A stretch of DNA of 64,000 nt from an uncultured virus (IMG/VR IMGVR_UViG_3300005611_000020) (IMGVR_UViG_3300005611_000020); one strand, 5' to 3'; positions 46,048-55,875 are shown, counted from the stretch's first letter. Numbers and translations: made by a program. Notes: generated by a model not told the origin, from the letters alone.

Positions 46048-48081
46048 CTAGTTGACTGGTGATGGTGGTCTCTTCTTGGAAATCTTCAGGTCGTCTCCTA
46101 CCCATTGGCTTCCCTTCCTTGCTGATTTGGATTTCTTCAAAGCTCTTTCAATTTGATCTTTGGTCCTGATCTGCTTCTGTTTTCTTGTGATGACCTTTTT
46201 GGTTTTCGGATCGTAGAATCTCTTTTCTCTACCGATCAAAGGCTCACCAACATTCGCTGGCTTGAAAGTACATTTGCAATTGGGATGCCGTGGAATCAAG
46301 CCTCTGGCTTCTTTCACAGTAAGAACTAAACCATCAAGAGGAGCACACAAATCACAAGGTGAAGGATTCCCTTTACCTGATATTCCTAGTCCTGATGTTG
46401 TCCACTCAGACATGACTCCAATCTCATCCAAACCATATCTCTCAAGACCATCTAATTGTCCTTCAGCGTGTGCTCTGATTGTGTTGCCTGTGTATACTCC
46501 ATTAGCTATATTGAAGTACCCATCCTTTGTTTCAAGGTTATACACATGCCCAGAAAATGGTCTGAATCGCACAGAGATTACATCGTCCAACTCTACATGT
46601 CTGGAATGACTCAGCGAGCAGTTGCTGAGCATATTGGATCGGATCAGAAACAAGTTGGAAAAGTCCTTAGACAAAGAGGAGTCAGTAGGTCTGTCTCTGA
46701 TGCTCAAAAACTCACTTGGATTCAAGGAAGGGAAGCCTACCAATTCAGGCATGACCTTCCTGTTGATGACATTATCAAGAGATACAAATCTGGAGAGTCC
46801 CTGATAAGTCTTGCCAAGCGATTCAAAACAGATAGAAATGCTATCAAAGATCGGTTGAAGAGTTCTGGAATATCTCTGAGAAGTAGGACAGAAGCATACT
46901 CCCTTATTGACCGGGAGAAGTCTGCTACAAAACAAGCAAAAAGAAGAAGCAGAAAGACCGGTTACGGAGAAGACATTGTTTGCCAATGGCTCAAGGATAG
47001 GGGAGAAATTCCCATACATCAATTCCCTGTTGGTACTCGCAACATCGACATAGCCATTGACTCCATCGCCGTGGAAGTCTGGTTCTCTACTACGTCTCCT
47101 TTCAAAGACTCCTACTGTTTGAAGCGTACTGAATATCTCGCTAATCTTGGTTGGACTTCTTTTTATATCCACATCTCCAGACAAAGTAAGGTTCTTATTC
47201 CTGCTGTCACAGATAAGTTGATGACCTTTATTGAGACTTCCAGAACTGATCCATCCATCTTGCGTGAGCATCGGGTGATTAGGGGTTGTGGTGAATTGTC
47301 TGCCATTGCGAGTTTTAATCTCGACAACATCACCTTCATACCACCTTCGAAAAGCTGCCCTCACCATAGCACTATCAACAAGAGTGTCAGGAAGTAAGCA
47401 CTCTGTTTGAGCAATGGTATTAGCTCTTGTTTTTCCAATCTTATCAACACGATCATTCAACCTTCTGGCAACTTCTTTTGGTTGAAGACCTTGCGTTAGC
47501 CCATCAATCAATTCACGTTTGATCTGAGCTTCCATTGCGTCGGTAACGCCTTTAAGGTCAGTCAATACCCTACTGGCGACCTGCTTGACTCTTTCAACAG
47601 ATACTGGATGAGAGAAGCTCTGACGTAAGAATTCTTTCTTACTCCCTACGAAGACATCCGAGATGTCCTCTGTGATTGATGATAGCTTATTGAGGTCAGT
47701 AAAGATTCTACCAACACCTCTCTGATACCCTTCCCAGACATAAGAATACCAGTAAGCATCTTCGATTGTAGCAATCTCAGTGTCTTGGATTATCTCTTCG
47801 GAGATTTGTTGTGAGAGCCATACTCCAAAGAGTTGTAGCTTTTCCGAATCCGTTCTGAAACGCCATCGATTGTTCTGAGTGATATTGCCAACAAGACCAG
47901 TGGTATCAAAAGCAATCCTTGAGGTATTTTTAGAAGCAGGAGCGATACCAAAAGCATCTTCTGTAATAACCAGATCATTGATCAGCCTTTTCAATTTCTC
48001 AAAGCGTCTCAAGAATTCTCGACGAAACTTATCCCTAAGTGTCTTTGTTCTTGATGGATCAATCCTTGCGGGTGAAGTCAT
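46048..48081 (-). CDS. head morphogenesis protein (Mu gpF / SPP1 gp7 family) interrupted by an intein
   Basis: Rejoined exteins read RANTIAQTE-TIRAHAEG; C-terminal CDLC.PLDG...IPRHPNCKC. Confidence 0.9.
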   Translation of the reverse strand: MTSPARIDPSRTKTLRDKFRREFLRRFEKLKRLINDLVITEDAFGIAPASKNTSRIAFDTTGLVGNITQNNRWRFRTDSEKLQLFGVWLSQQISEEIIQDTEIATIEDAYWYSYVWEGYQRGVGRIFTDLNKLSSITEDISDVFVGSKKEFLRQSFSHPVSVERVKQVASRVLTDLKGVTDAMEAQIKRELIDGLTQGLQPKEVARRLNDRVDKIGKTRANTIAQTECLLPDTLVDSAMVRAAFRRWYEGDVVEIKTRNGRQFTTTPNHPMLTQDGWISSGSLNKGHQLICDSRNKNLTLSGDVDIKRSPTKISEIFSTLQTVGVFERRRSREPDFHGDGVNGYVDVASTNRELMYGNFSPILEPLANNVFSVTGLSASSFCLFCSRLLPVNKGVCFCPTSQRYSRTLQPIFDSISICFESLGKTYQGLSRFVSLDNVINRKVMPELVGFPSLNPSEFLSIRDRPTDSSLSKDFSNLFLIRSNMLSNCSLSHSRHVELDDVISVRFRPFSGHVYNLETKDGYFNIANGVYTGNTIRAHAEGQLDGLERYGLDEIGVMSEWTTSGLGISGKGNPSPCDLCAPLDGLVLTVKEARGLIPRHPNCKCTFKPANVGEPLIGREKRFYDPKTKKVITRKQKQIRTKDQIERALKKSKSARKGSQWVGDDLKISKKRPPSPVN
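46483..47400 (-). mobile_element. intein, 306 aa (residues 228-533 of the host ORF)
   Basis: Block A CLLPDTLV, block B TTTPNHPML, block F HVYNLET, block G VYTGN/T. Confidence 0.9.
46546..47397 (+). CDS. antisense nested gene: tandem HTH plus Vsr/DUF559-like PD-(D/E)XK endonuclease, 283 aa (putative homing endonuclease)
   Basis: IVQLYMSGMTQRAVAEHIG and IIKRYKSGESLISLAKRF HTH repeats; GE..V..WL...G.....QFPVG..NIDIAI..IAVEV...R..YL.NLGW. Confidence 0.8.
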   Translation: MPRKWSESHRDYIVQLYMSGMTQRAVAEHIGSDQKQVGKVLRQRGVSRSVSDAQKLTWIQGREAYQFRHDLPVDDIIKRYKSGESLISLAKRFKTDRNAIKDRLKSSGISLRSRTEAYSLIDREKSATKQAKRRSRKTGYGEDIVCQWLKDRGEIPIHQFPVGTRNIDIAIDSIAVEVWFSTTSPFKDSYCLKRTEYLANLGWTSFYIHISRQSKVLIPAVTDKLMTFIETSRTDPSILREHRVIRGCGELSAIASFNLDNITFIPPSKSCPHHSTINKSVRK

Positions 48082-48083
48082 AA

Positions 48084-48287
48084 TCAGTTTCCAAAGTTTG
48101 GAGTCTTGTAGACTTTTGGCATCTTGATGGATTGAGTCGGGTGAGACTCATGATTCGTAGTTGACACTTTCATTAAAGCTTCATTTTCTTCCCTGATCTT
48201 CTTTGCTTCATCAGCAATTTCCTGAGGGGATGGGGTGTACCTTGCTTCAAACAGCCTACGTCCCTTTGCTTTTTTACGTTTCATCAT
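48084..48287 (-). CDS. hypothetical protein
   Basis: 67-aa coupled ORF. Confidence 0.55.
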   Translation of the reverse strand: MMKRKKAKGRRLFEARYTPSPQEIADEAKKIREENEALMKVSTTNHESHPTQSIKMPKVYKTPNFGN

Positions 48288-48790
48288 TGAGAGACTCGCG
48301 TGAATGGTTCGGTGTATTGCATCACATAAGCATCTTCGTCGTTTTCCTCATAAGACTTTTTGATGATGCTTGTTGCTCTGAAGTCGTGAGCGGAAAAGAA
48401 CATTTGAGCTGACAGATTGGATTCTCTGACTGTCACTGTCATTCTACTTCTTTTGTGGAAACTCAGTTTTTCCATGAGTCTTTTCAGCAGTTGACTTCCA
48501 ACATTTCGTCGTTGAAAATCACTTTCAACTGCCAGGTTCAAAATGACAATATGGTCTTTGTTAAGTTCATAGACCATGTAGCCAATGACTTGATCGATGG
48601 ACTGGTACGATATGACCATGCCAATAACTCTTGTCATCTTGAGACAGGAAAGTAATTCATCTTCTGACCAAGGGAATTCGAAGATTTGTTTTTCCAGTTC
48701 AAGGACTCTCGCAAAGTCATCTCGTATCATCCATCTGATGAATAAGTCTTCTTCTGCGATTGGTTTGTTACTCTTGTGGAGTTGTTTCAT
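48284..48790 (-). CDS. rimI: RimI-like GNAT acetyltransferase
   Basis: IRWMIR.D...VLELE...FEFPWS, NLAV..DFQRRNVG, VRESNLSAQ.F, EDAYVMQY. Confidence 0.85.
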   Translation of the reverse strand: MKQLHKSNKPIAEEDLFIRWMIRDDFARVLELEKQIFEFPWSEDELLSCLKMTRVIGMVISYQSIDQVIGYMVYELNKDHIVILNLAVESDFQRRNVGSQLLKRLMEKLSFHKRSRMTVTVRESNLSAQMFFSAHDFRATSIIKKSYEENDEDAYVMQYTEPFTRVSQ

Positions 48791-50231
48791 TGATTCTGTC
48801 TCTTAATCCTTCCATAGTATTTTCGAGAATTTTGCGAGCTTCTTCGGCAGAGTAGTCCAACTCTCGGGTGAGGAAATCCAGTTCTGTCATAAGTGTTTGT
48901 GAAAGATCACCAGCGACGTATGCTACCATCGCTTTGACTCTCTCCGAAGTGTTCCTTGTTTTTTCTTCTTCGGACAGCTCATTCATGTCAGGCCATTGAA
49001 CCTGAAACCCTTCTACTGGTTGTGGTAGTACGCCAGCATAGATAAGACGGTTAATGAATGGGACGATGATCTTTGGAGTGATGAATCCATTCTGTCGGAA
49101 ACTCAATCTCTGGTTGTGGGTTTTTGAGTCTTGTGAGGATGCCAGTTCCCCACGTTCTGAGCCGAGGAAGATTCTCTTAGGAACTCCCAGGTAAACGCAG
49201 ATGGCTTCAAGTTGAGCATCAATCTGCTCATTTGGTGAGACGACTTGAGGAGCAAGACTTTTAACACTCATACCTGTTGAGATGATGTATCTCTGGAGCG
49301 TATTCATGTACTGCTCCATCGCATCTTTGAGTTCTTCAGTTTCGATATCTTCAGGGTCAATAGTTGGGTGAGATTCGAAACTTAATCCGGGGAATGCTCC
49401 TCGCCAGTACATTTCAGCAGAGCCAGCATATAGCTTTCTCAAATCCAGAATGCGGTTGAAGACTGGTAGCATTCTAGGAATGCCAAACAAGTCATTAGAT
49501 GTTGCATTGTCAGCAATGTGAATAACTCTGGTATGATGGATTGAGACTTCGTTGATTCTTTGATGGATTTCGTCAGTAGCTACCGTCTGTGAATCAACGA
49601 ATGAGACTTTGTAGTGTGTAGGTTTTCCATACCTTGGATTGCTTGGATCATTCTCATACCTCTCGATTCTGACTCTTGACTGGTCAAAGGCTTTCACTCC
49701 TAGAAGTTGTCTTGAGGTTTTACCATTAGATGGTTCAACAGGTTCAGAAAACATCTCACCATCATCAAATTCGAGTAGAAGAATTCCATAACTGCCAATA
49801 CCACAAAGGCGGTCAGCACGATGAAGAATCTCCCAGATTGGTGAAGACTTCTCTTCATTATCAACAAAGAAACTCTCTTCTTCCTTTCCAATACTCTTAC
49901 TTAGGTTGTTCCATGCATGCTCAAATTCTGTTTCTTCATCATTGCCTTCAGTTTCAAAAACTTCTGGATGAACTGCCCAACATTCATCGGGCAAGATGTT
50001 GACAATACGATTTGGAACACCTTCTCTTTCGTACATATCAACATAGTGATCCTGAACAGTAATTGAGGCTGTTTCAGGATACCCACACTCATCGTTGATG
50101 CTTCTTCTGGGATCGATGTAACGCTTGAAGAAGTTCTGCCTTTGAGTGAATTCGTTAGCAACAAGCATTTCTACTCGTTTGATCATCGCTTGCTGTTGTT
50201 CGTTAAAAGTGGTTTTAGACAATTGCTCCAC
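48768..50231 (-). CDS. portal protein (DUF1073-like)
   Basis: IHHTRVIH, GVPKRIFLGSERGELASSQD; follows the terminase. Confidence 0.85.
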   Translation of the reverse strand: MEQLSKTTFNEQQQAMIKRVEMLVANEFTQRQNFFKRYIDPRRSINDECGYPETASITVQDHYVDMYEREGVPNRIVNILPDECWAVHPEVFETEGNDEETEFEHAWNNLSKSIGKEEESFFVDNEEKSSPIWEILHRADRLCGIGSYGILLLEFDDGEMFSEPVEPSNGKTSRQLLGVKAFDQSRVRIERYENDPSNPRYGKPTHYKVSFVDSQTVATDEIHQRINEVSIHHTRVIHIADNATSNDLFGIPRMLPVFNRILDLRKLYAGSAEMYWRGAFPGLSFESHPTIDPEDIETEELKDAMEQYMNTLQRYIISTGMSVKSLAPQVVSPNEQIDAQLEAICVYLGVPKRIFLGSERGELASSQDSKTHNQRLSFRQNGFITPKIIVPFINRLIYAGVLPQPVEGFQVQWPDMNELSEEEKTRNTSERVKAMVAYVAGDLSQTLMTELDFLTRELDYSAEEARKILENTMEGLRDRINETTPQE

Positions 50232-51840
50232 CCTTCTTTCTTGCTGGATAGCGTAGACAGTAAACAGCTAAGGCTAATGAGTCTGCTTCGTCTGGAGAAT
50301 GACCAATCAACTCTACAAGAGTTGTAGCTTTGCTGTTTGGGTTTGGTTTGTTTTTTGGTGGTAGGTAAAGGCGTCCCTCTGAGTCTTCCAATCTTGGAAT
50401 AGGTCTCAGTTGGTCATAGAGGGACTTTCGATCTTCTCTCGATTGTGTGTGAAGTATCTTGTGAGATATTGCAAACTCTTCAGAAGCTATCAGTTGAGAA
50501 AGGATTCCGTACATTTGAGCACGGCGATTCTTGTAGGAGTATTTCTCTTCTTGGGCTTCTCGTGATTTCTTCTTTGATCGAAGGTTACTGTTCTCATTTT
50601 TGACGCCTTCGCCAAAGCCAACAGTTCGAACATTGTAACCTTCTTCTCGGAGTCTATCAGCGTGCTGTTTTCCACCACCACCACGGTCGAAAGCAACATC
50701 AGCAGGGTTCGCTTTGTATTTGTTGATGAGGCTTATTGTTTCATGAACAATCTTTGAAGTGTCTGGTGTTCTTTTTGAGATGACTTCAATAACGCCTGAG
50801 CTGTTAATAACAGTCCAGCTTGTATTGTCACCACCTTCGGCTGGGTCAACTCCAATGGCAATCTTTCCTGAGGAAGATGGTGAAGGGAGTTCTGTTACCT
50901 TGTGAAGTGCTTCGCGAGGGAATAGGAATAAGTCTTCACCTTCCCAAAACTCTGCCCATAACTGAATCGTCTTTTGTTTCTCATCATACGTTTTGAGTTG
51001 CCGCCGATAAGTAGGCCAGTCTTTGACACCAGGGATGATAACTTTGTTGCTGGGTTCTTTTCCCTCTTCAATTTCCTTCAGAGCGAATTGTATATTGGGA
51101 GACTGTTCTGCTCGAATGCGTATCGTTTTTTTGTGGTAGCCTTTTCCAGACGGTCTCAATATGTCTGGAGATTCGACACCACGATAGAAGAAGTTGGTTG
51201 TGGTGTAGCAGTTACCAATGACAATTCTTCGATGTGCCCATGTCTCTGACTTATCATATGGCTCATCTTCCATACCTGAGCCTTCATCGACAGCCAGAAG
51301 AGTTACGGGAATTCCAATCTCACCCATCCGTTTGTAGTAAGCAGCCGACTCACTGTCATCAGTAACACGAGGTAAGTGACGACCAAGTAAGGCTTCACCT
51401 TTACTGACTGCCTGGCCTCTACACTCGCCACCTTCAATGATTGATCCATCATTTCTTATTTGACGGACCAGCATGTGAGTTGATTTCAGGGGGAGAGGTA
51501 CTTTTGAGGCTCTGATCAACTTTCTTAATTCACCCCAGAGAACATCATCAAGTTGAGAGAATTGAGGGGATGTTGCTAACACTCTAGAAGGTCTTGTTCT
51601 CATCTCCCACCATATAATTGTGAGAGCCAGTATAAAGTCTTTCCCCATCTGGTTAGCAGCAGGGACGAATGTCTCCTCGTTGTCTCTGACTGAGCAGATG
51701 ATTTCTCTTTGCTCTTTGTATAGAGTCACATGAGGCCAACATCTTTTGATGAAGCCTAAAGGGTTATTGACAATCTTGTGGCTTACTTTAGGGATAACAC
51801 TAAGAGGAGCCAGGTTAGGTGGTTGAAGAGTTAAGGTCAT
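50215..51840 (-). CDS. terL: terminase large subunit
   Basis: AANQMGKD, LAVDEGSG, GVDPAEGGD, SPDEADSLAL. Confidence 0.9.
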   Translation of the reverse strand: MTLTLQPPNLAPLSVIPKVSHKIVNNPLGFIKRCWPHVTLYKEQREIICSVRDNEETFVPAANQMGKDFILALTIIWWEMRTRPSRVLATSPQFSQLDDVLWGELRKLIRASKVPLPLKSTHMLVRQIRNDGSIIEGGECRGQAVSKGEALLGRHLPRVTDDSESAAYYKRMGEIGIPVTLLAVDEGSGMEDEPYDKSETWAHRRIVIGNCYTTTNFFYRGVESPDILRPSGKGYHKKTIRIRAEQSPNIQFALKEIEEGKEPSNKVIIPGVKDWPTYRRQLKTYDEKQKTIQLWAEFWEGEDLFLFPREALHKVTELPSPSSSGKIAIGVDPAEGGDNTSWTVINSSGVIEVISKRTPDTSKIVHETISLINKYKANPADVAFDRGGGGKQHADRLREEGYNVRTVGFGEGVKNENSNLRSKKKSREAQEEKYSYKNRRAQMYGILSQLIASEEFAISHKILHTQSREDRKSLYDQLRPIPRLEDSEGRLYLPPKNKPNPNSKATTLVELIGHSPDEADSLALAVYCLRYPARKKGGAIV

Positions 51841-52436
51841 TCGTTATTCTCAAGCCTCTTCATCTCTTGTGAAGCTCCACTATCCTCTGCTTCATCATAA
51901 AGAGCATCCCAATCGAGCGATTTGTCTTCCAGTTCACTTGCATCAATCTTACTGTCAAAGTGCTTCATTGCTGTTGAAATTGCTCCACCCTTTGACACCA
52001 GTTTAATTTTTGTTTCTATTTCTTCTGCGTAGTCTCCATCCCCTGTTGGGATTCTTCTTACCCGTTGCTCGATGCCGTCAAGAGCTGCTTTGGCTCTATC
52101 ATTCCATTGATCATGAGGGAGAAGTCTCCCGTTAGCATCAAGGAAATCATCAGAGGTTCTGGTGACACAATGTTTGAGCTGTACCAGAACCTCTGCTTGA
52201 TTTAATTCGGCTCGCTCAAGTCCTCTTCGTTTAAGCACTCCGATTGCTTTGGCTACTTTGCCATCAGATAGTAATTGACAGGCTTTGACTCTGGCAGTTT
52301 TGGGACTGTACCCAGCATCAAGAGCTGCTTGTTGACCATCCAAACTGACAATGTAGCTTTCAACAAATCGAAGTTGCCTATCTGTCAGATCGTCAAGACC
52401 TGCTCCAGCATAAGACTTGAGAGGCACCTTTGCCAT
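51837..52436 (-). CDS. terS: terminase small subunit
   Basis: LTDRQLRFVESY...QAALDAGYSPKTA. Confidence 0.9.
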   Translation of the reverse strand: MAKVPLKSYAGAGLDDLTDRQLRFVESYIVSLDGQQAALDAGYSPKTARVKACQLLSDGKVAKAIGVLKRRGLERAELNQAEVLVQLKHCVTRTSDDFLDANGRLLPHDQWNDRAKAALDGIEQRVRRIPTGDGDYAEEIETKIKLVSKGGAISTAMKHFDSKIDASELEDKSLDWDALYDEAEDSGASQEMKRLENNE

Positions 52437-53000
52437 TAGTAGTCGTCCCCTTCTACAGTGTCATTTTCCAAGTCAACTTCTTGAACAGGGTCCGAGTCGA
52501 GATTACCCGGAATAGTTACTTCAAATGTTTTTGATGCTGATGATCCTAGTGAGGTTACCTCATAAGCTTTGGCGTCTGACTTGTTAATTGTGACCTGTAA
52601 CTTTTTAAGCTCTTTGATTGCCTCTCTGATTACATCAGCGTTGTAGCCATTCATTGACCGTCTAACGATTGGTTCAATTTGTTCCAGCTTTTCGATGATC
52701 GTCATCATTTCTTCAAACACCTCTTACAAAGACTGATTGACACGTTACGACTGGATTGTTTACCAGTCACAGAATTTCCTTTACATAAAAGACCTACTGA
52801 TTTAATAAGCATTTCAAGTTCTTTCTCTTTGTCGTGTCTACCCATTCTGCATCTTCAATTACATCTGGATAGATTTTCCCGTTGACATAAGACTTTCTTG
52901 GATATCGATGTGATCCGTCTCCTCGAAAGCCCTCACTCTGACTGATTCTTCCAGCCGTCAATTTTCCACAGATAACACATTTGAATCTAGTTTTTATCAT
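52436..53000 (-). CDS. two hypothetical proteins (52436-52720, 52794-53000)
   Basis: ORFs between the helicase and terS. Confidence 0.5.
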
Positions 53001-54370
53001 TCCATCACTTCCTCATAGAGTCTTGTGAGTTGGTCTGTCAGTTTCCATTTCACCTTTCTTGTGTGTCTGCCGTCTGATTTTCCTTTGCTGACAGCTTCGA
53101 AAGGCTCGACTACTTTAATCTTCCGAAGGAATCGAAGTAAACCGCGAACGTCAGAGTCTCGGATTGTTGTCAACTTGGCAAGCACAGAAGGTTCAATCCC
53201 TTCTTCCCCATGTTCATACATCACATGAGTCATTTCCATTACTGGACCTCTGGCAGTATCAAGAGCCACTCGTCTTGTTCTCTTGAGAATATCATCATCG
53301 ACCTCAGAGCGGTTAAAAACAACCCCGAGACAATTAGCCAGTCTGATGAATTGAGAAGCCAGGCGATAAGCACATTCTCTTTCAGCATCAACTGTCTGCA
53401 TTGTTGATGGTCTGGCTCGCATATAAGCAACCAGTTTGGCGAATCGAGCACATCGATTGAGTCTCTTTTCAGAGAATTCACAACTCTTGAGAAGTGATGT
53501 TGCATTTCTTCTCAGATAGTCAATGTAACCGCCAGTGAGAGCCTTTGCTCGTAGCATATCCGGGTGGTCTTGAGACTCTAAAGCGTCTCCCGATTCAAGA
53601 CATAGATTAGCTCTTGCCTTCTTTGCTACTCGTTGAAGAACGGCATCTTCCATGTCATCACAGATACCATCCATCATCACGCAATCGAGAAATCTTTCAC
53701 CTAATTCTGAGCTGTCTAAGGCCCTTAGTGAGGATGTTCCACACAGCAGAATTGTGCATCTGATTCCAGTGTAATCCCGACTGTTTTTGTTTCGGTAGCT
53801 GGTACGTGAAACTGTGTCATATATGTCCCGTGCTTCACTGAGGATTTGGGATAGGTTAGGGGACTGAAGCAGAGTATCTCCGTCTTTGATGATAAGAGTT
53901 TTTCCGTTGAGGCGTGAAACAAGCGAATGATCTTCGTCCCCGTCTCCAAAGCCAGAGTGGAAACCACGTATCGTTGATTTGGCCATAACATATTTTGTGT
54001 TTGCACTGAGAGCCTCACATAGAGTTGATTTACCTGATGCGGCAGGTGCCAGCACCTTTACCCATAACTGATCACCAAGTGATAATGTCGAAGTGATAGA
54101 AGCCAGCATGACTGAGAGAGCGTGGTCTAATCCTTCAGTCCATTGCATTGCTTCTTCCCATGCGTTGAGAAGACTGGAGTAGTTCTCACACTCAATCAAA
54201 TCAATTTTATTGACTGATGATTCACTCCCCTCTTTAATCCACTCTTCAGGTGGTTCAACAACAAATTGCCAGAGCGTTTCTAGTCGTCTCAATCGATCAT
54301 TCAATTCCCCTTGGTCAATGTCAGTAATATCTAGAGAAGGTTTCTTTTTTCTCTTCACAATCTTAGGCAC
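52997..54370 (-). CDS. AAA+ (MCM-like) putative replicative helicase
   Basis: APAASGKST, LIIKD, LGERFL; adjacent to the primase. Confidence 0.7.
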   Translation of the reverse strand: MPKIVKRKKKPSLDITDIDQGELNDRLRRLETLWQFVVEPPEEWIKEGSESSVNKIDLIECENYSSLLNAWEEAMQWTEGLDHALSVMLASITSTLSLGDQLWVKVLAPAASGKSTLCEALSANTKYVMAKSTIRGFHSGFGDGDEDHSLVSRLNGKTLIIKDGDTLLQSPNLSQILSEARDIYDTVSRTSYRNKNSRDYTGIRCTILLCGTSSLRALDSSELGERFLDCVMMDGICDDMEDAVLQRVAKKARANLCLESGDALESQDHPDMLRAKALTGGYIDYLRRNATSLLKSCEFSEKRLNRCARFAKLVAYMRARPSTMQTVDAERECAYRLASQFIRLANCLGVVFNRSEVDDDILKRTRRVALDTARGPVMEMTHVMYEHGEEGIEPSVLAKLTTIRDSDVRGLLRFLRKIKVVEPFEAVSKGKSDGRHTRKVKWKLTDQLTRLYEEVME

Positions 54371-55250
54371 TAACTTCTGCTCCTGTTAGGTAATCGCGAA
54401 CATCACAACCATCTGGTAGCAGTGGGTTGTACCCTTCTGGTCCCCATTGGAGTATGTCAACTGACTCTGGTGGTTTGTTACTTCCCCTCAGTTTAGACAC
54501 GATGGATTGTAAACCCTTCCATCCAGCTTGTTGAACTTGGCCTGTATTTTCATTAGTAATAGGGTGGTCATTATCAAATACAACAACCACCCTCTTTCCT
54601 GAGAAGAGGGGGAGCCAATTGTCTCGCATGATATTGCATCCGGGTAATCCAAGAACACTCACTTCGGATTTCTTTGGAGTCTTGAAGTCGTGGTTTTTGT
54701 CATACTCCAGACACTCCCACAAAGCCATCGAATCCCAGATGCCTTCGCAAAGAACGATTGTTGATTTCTTGTAAGTAACATCACCAAATATGCCGTGTGA
54801 AAATGTTGGCGTTGCCAGTAGTCGTCTCTTACCTTTGATGTTTCGGTAAGCATACAACTGGCAGAGTTTACCTTCTTCGTTGTAGGCAGGAACAACCCAT
54901 TCGTTTTTCAGGTAAGACCAGCGAACTCCCCAAGTAACAAGAGTTTTTGGCGACAGCAGATTTCTATCGATTCTCAAGTCTTCATGTGAGGGAATCAGAT
55001 TTGAATTGAGAGCGTCGTAATAATGTCTGATGAACTCAATCCCATTGCCATGAACTCCACAGACTTTACAGTCAAATTTGCTTGTTGTTGTGTTGACCGA
55101 GAACTTTCCTTCTTTATGGCAAAAAGGACATTCATCAGCAACACATTCTTTGTTGTTGCCTTTCCAGTCCAAATCTACCCCATGAAACAAGAAGGGCTTC
55201 AACCCTTCAGGAATATCTTCGGTTTTCTCAGTCTTCTTTTTGTAAGCCAA
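54363..55250 (-). CDS. DNA primase (Zn-binding domain plus TOPRIM)
   Basis: CPFC...CKVCG..GN, LCEGIWD, VFDND. Confidence 0.85.
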   Translation of the reverse strand: MAYKKKTEKTEDIPEGLKPFLFHGVDLDWKGNNKECVADECPFCHKEGKFSVNTTTSKFDCKVCGVHGNGIEFIRHYYDALNSNLIPSHEDLRIDRNLLSPKTLVTWGVRWSYLKNEWVVPAYNEEGKLCQLYAYRNIKGKRRLLATPTFSHGIFGDVTYKKSTIVLCEGIWDSMALWECLEYDKNHDFKTPKKSEVSVLGLPGCNIMRDNWLPLFSGKRVVVVFDNDHPITNENTGQVQQAGWKGLQSIVSKLRGSNKPPESVDILQWGPEGYNPLLPDGCDVRDYLTGAEVSA

Positions 55251-55875
55251 TTAAATAGTCTCCCCATTGTTGTGCCATTGCTTGAGCAATGCCTTTGTAA
55301 GTGCGGCCACGTTCTTTTGATCGTTCAGGACTTGGTCCTAACCTGTTTTGCCCTGAGTCTGTTTGATTAGCCCATCGCTCTTTTCCATCAACTATTCTCC
55401 CTTTCACTCTCTTTGTTGGTTTCAGTTTGGGTAGACCTCTTAACCATAACCCAGTCTTCTTGCTGGCGTCTTCACCAAATTCATAAGGCTGGACGTATTG
55501 AGGTTTTGGCATGGATGGAATTCTAGAGTTAATACAACCTACAGGATTCTCCATACACAGATGCTTTGCATTACAGTTCCAAATGAATTGGATGAATTCC
55601 AGAGAGTCTTTTGTCTTTTCTTCTCTCTCTGGAATCCTTTTATTCCAGTGTAATCCTGAAACTGTGAGATAGGTACAAGGTGGATGAGCTATCACTAAAT
55701 CCCATCCCTCATTGATCACTTCTCGGATGTCACATTGTAAATGGTAGAGGGAAGGAATCTCTGAAGGCATTACATCACAAGACCAGGCATTCAACTTTCT
55801 TGCCCTGAATGCTTCTCTAACAACTCCAGAGAATTCACAAGCAACAAGTATCTTGGGTCTTTTTCTGTAAGCCAT
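55228..55875 (-). CDS. C5 cytosine DNA methyltransferase-like protein
   Basis: ILVACEFSG, WDLVIAHPPCTYL, MENPVG, KKTGLW. Confidence 0.8.
   Translation of the reverse strand: MAYRKRPKILVACEFSGVVREAFRARKLNAWSCDVMPSEIPSLYHLQCDIREVINEGWDLVIAHPPCTYLTVSGLHWNKRIPEREEKTKDSLEFIQFIWNCNAKHLCMENPVGCINSRIPSMPKPQYVQPYEFGEDASKKTGLWLRGLPKLKPTKRVKGRIVDGKERWANQTDSGQNRLGPSPERSKERGRTYKGIAQAMAQQWGDYLIGLQKED

Noticed and set aside
46456..46545. TTG start for the antisense nuclease ORF
   Set aside because: Begins outside the intein and lacks an RBS; ATG 46546 has an RBS, a candidate promoter and starts at the HTH
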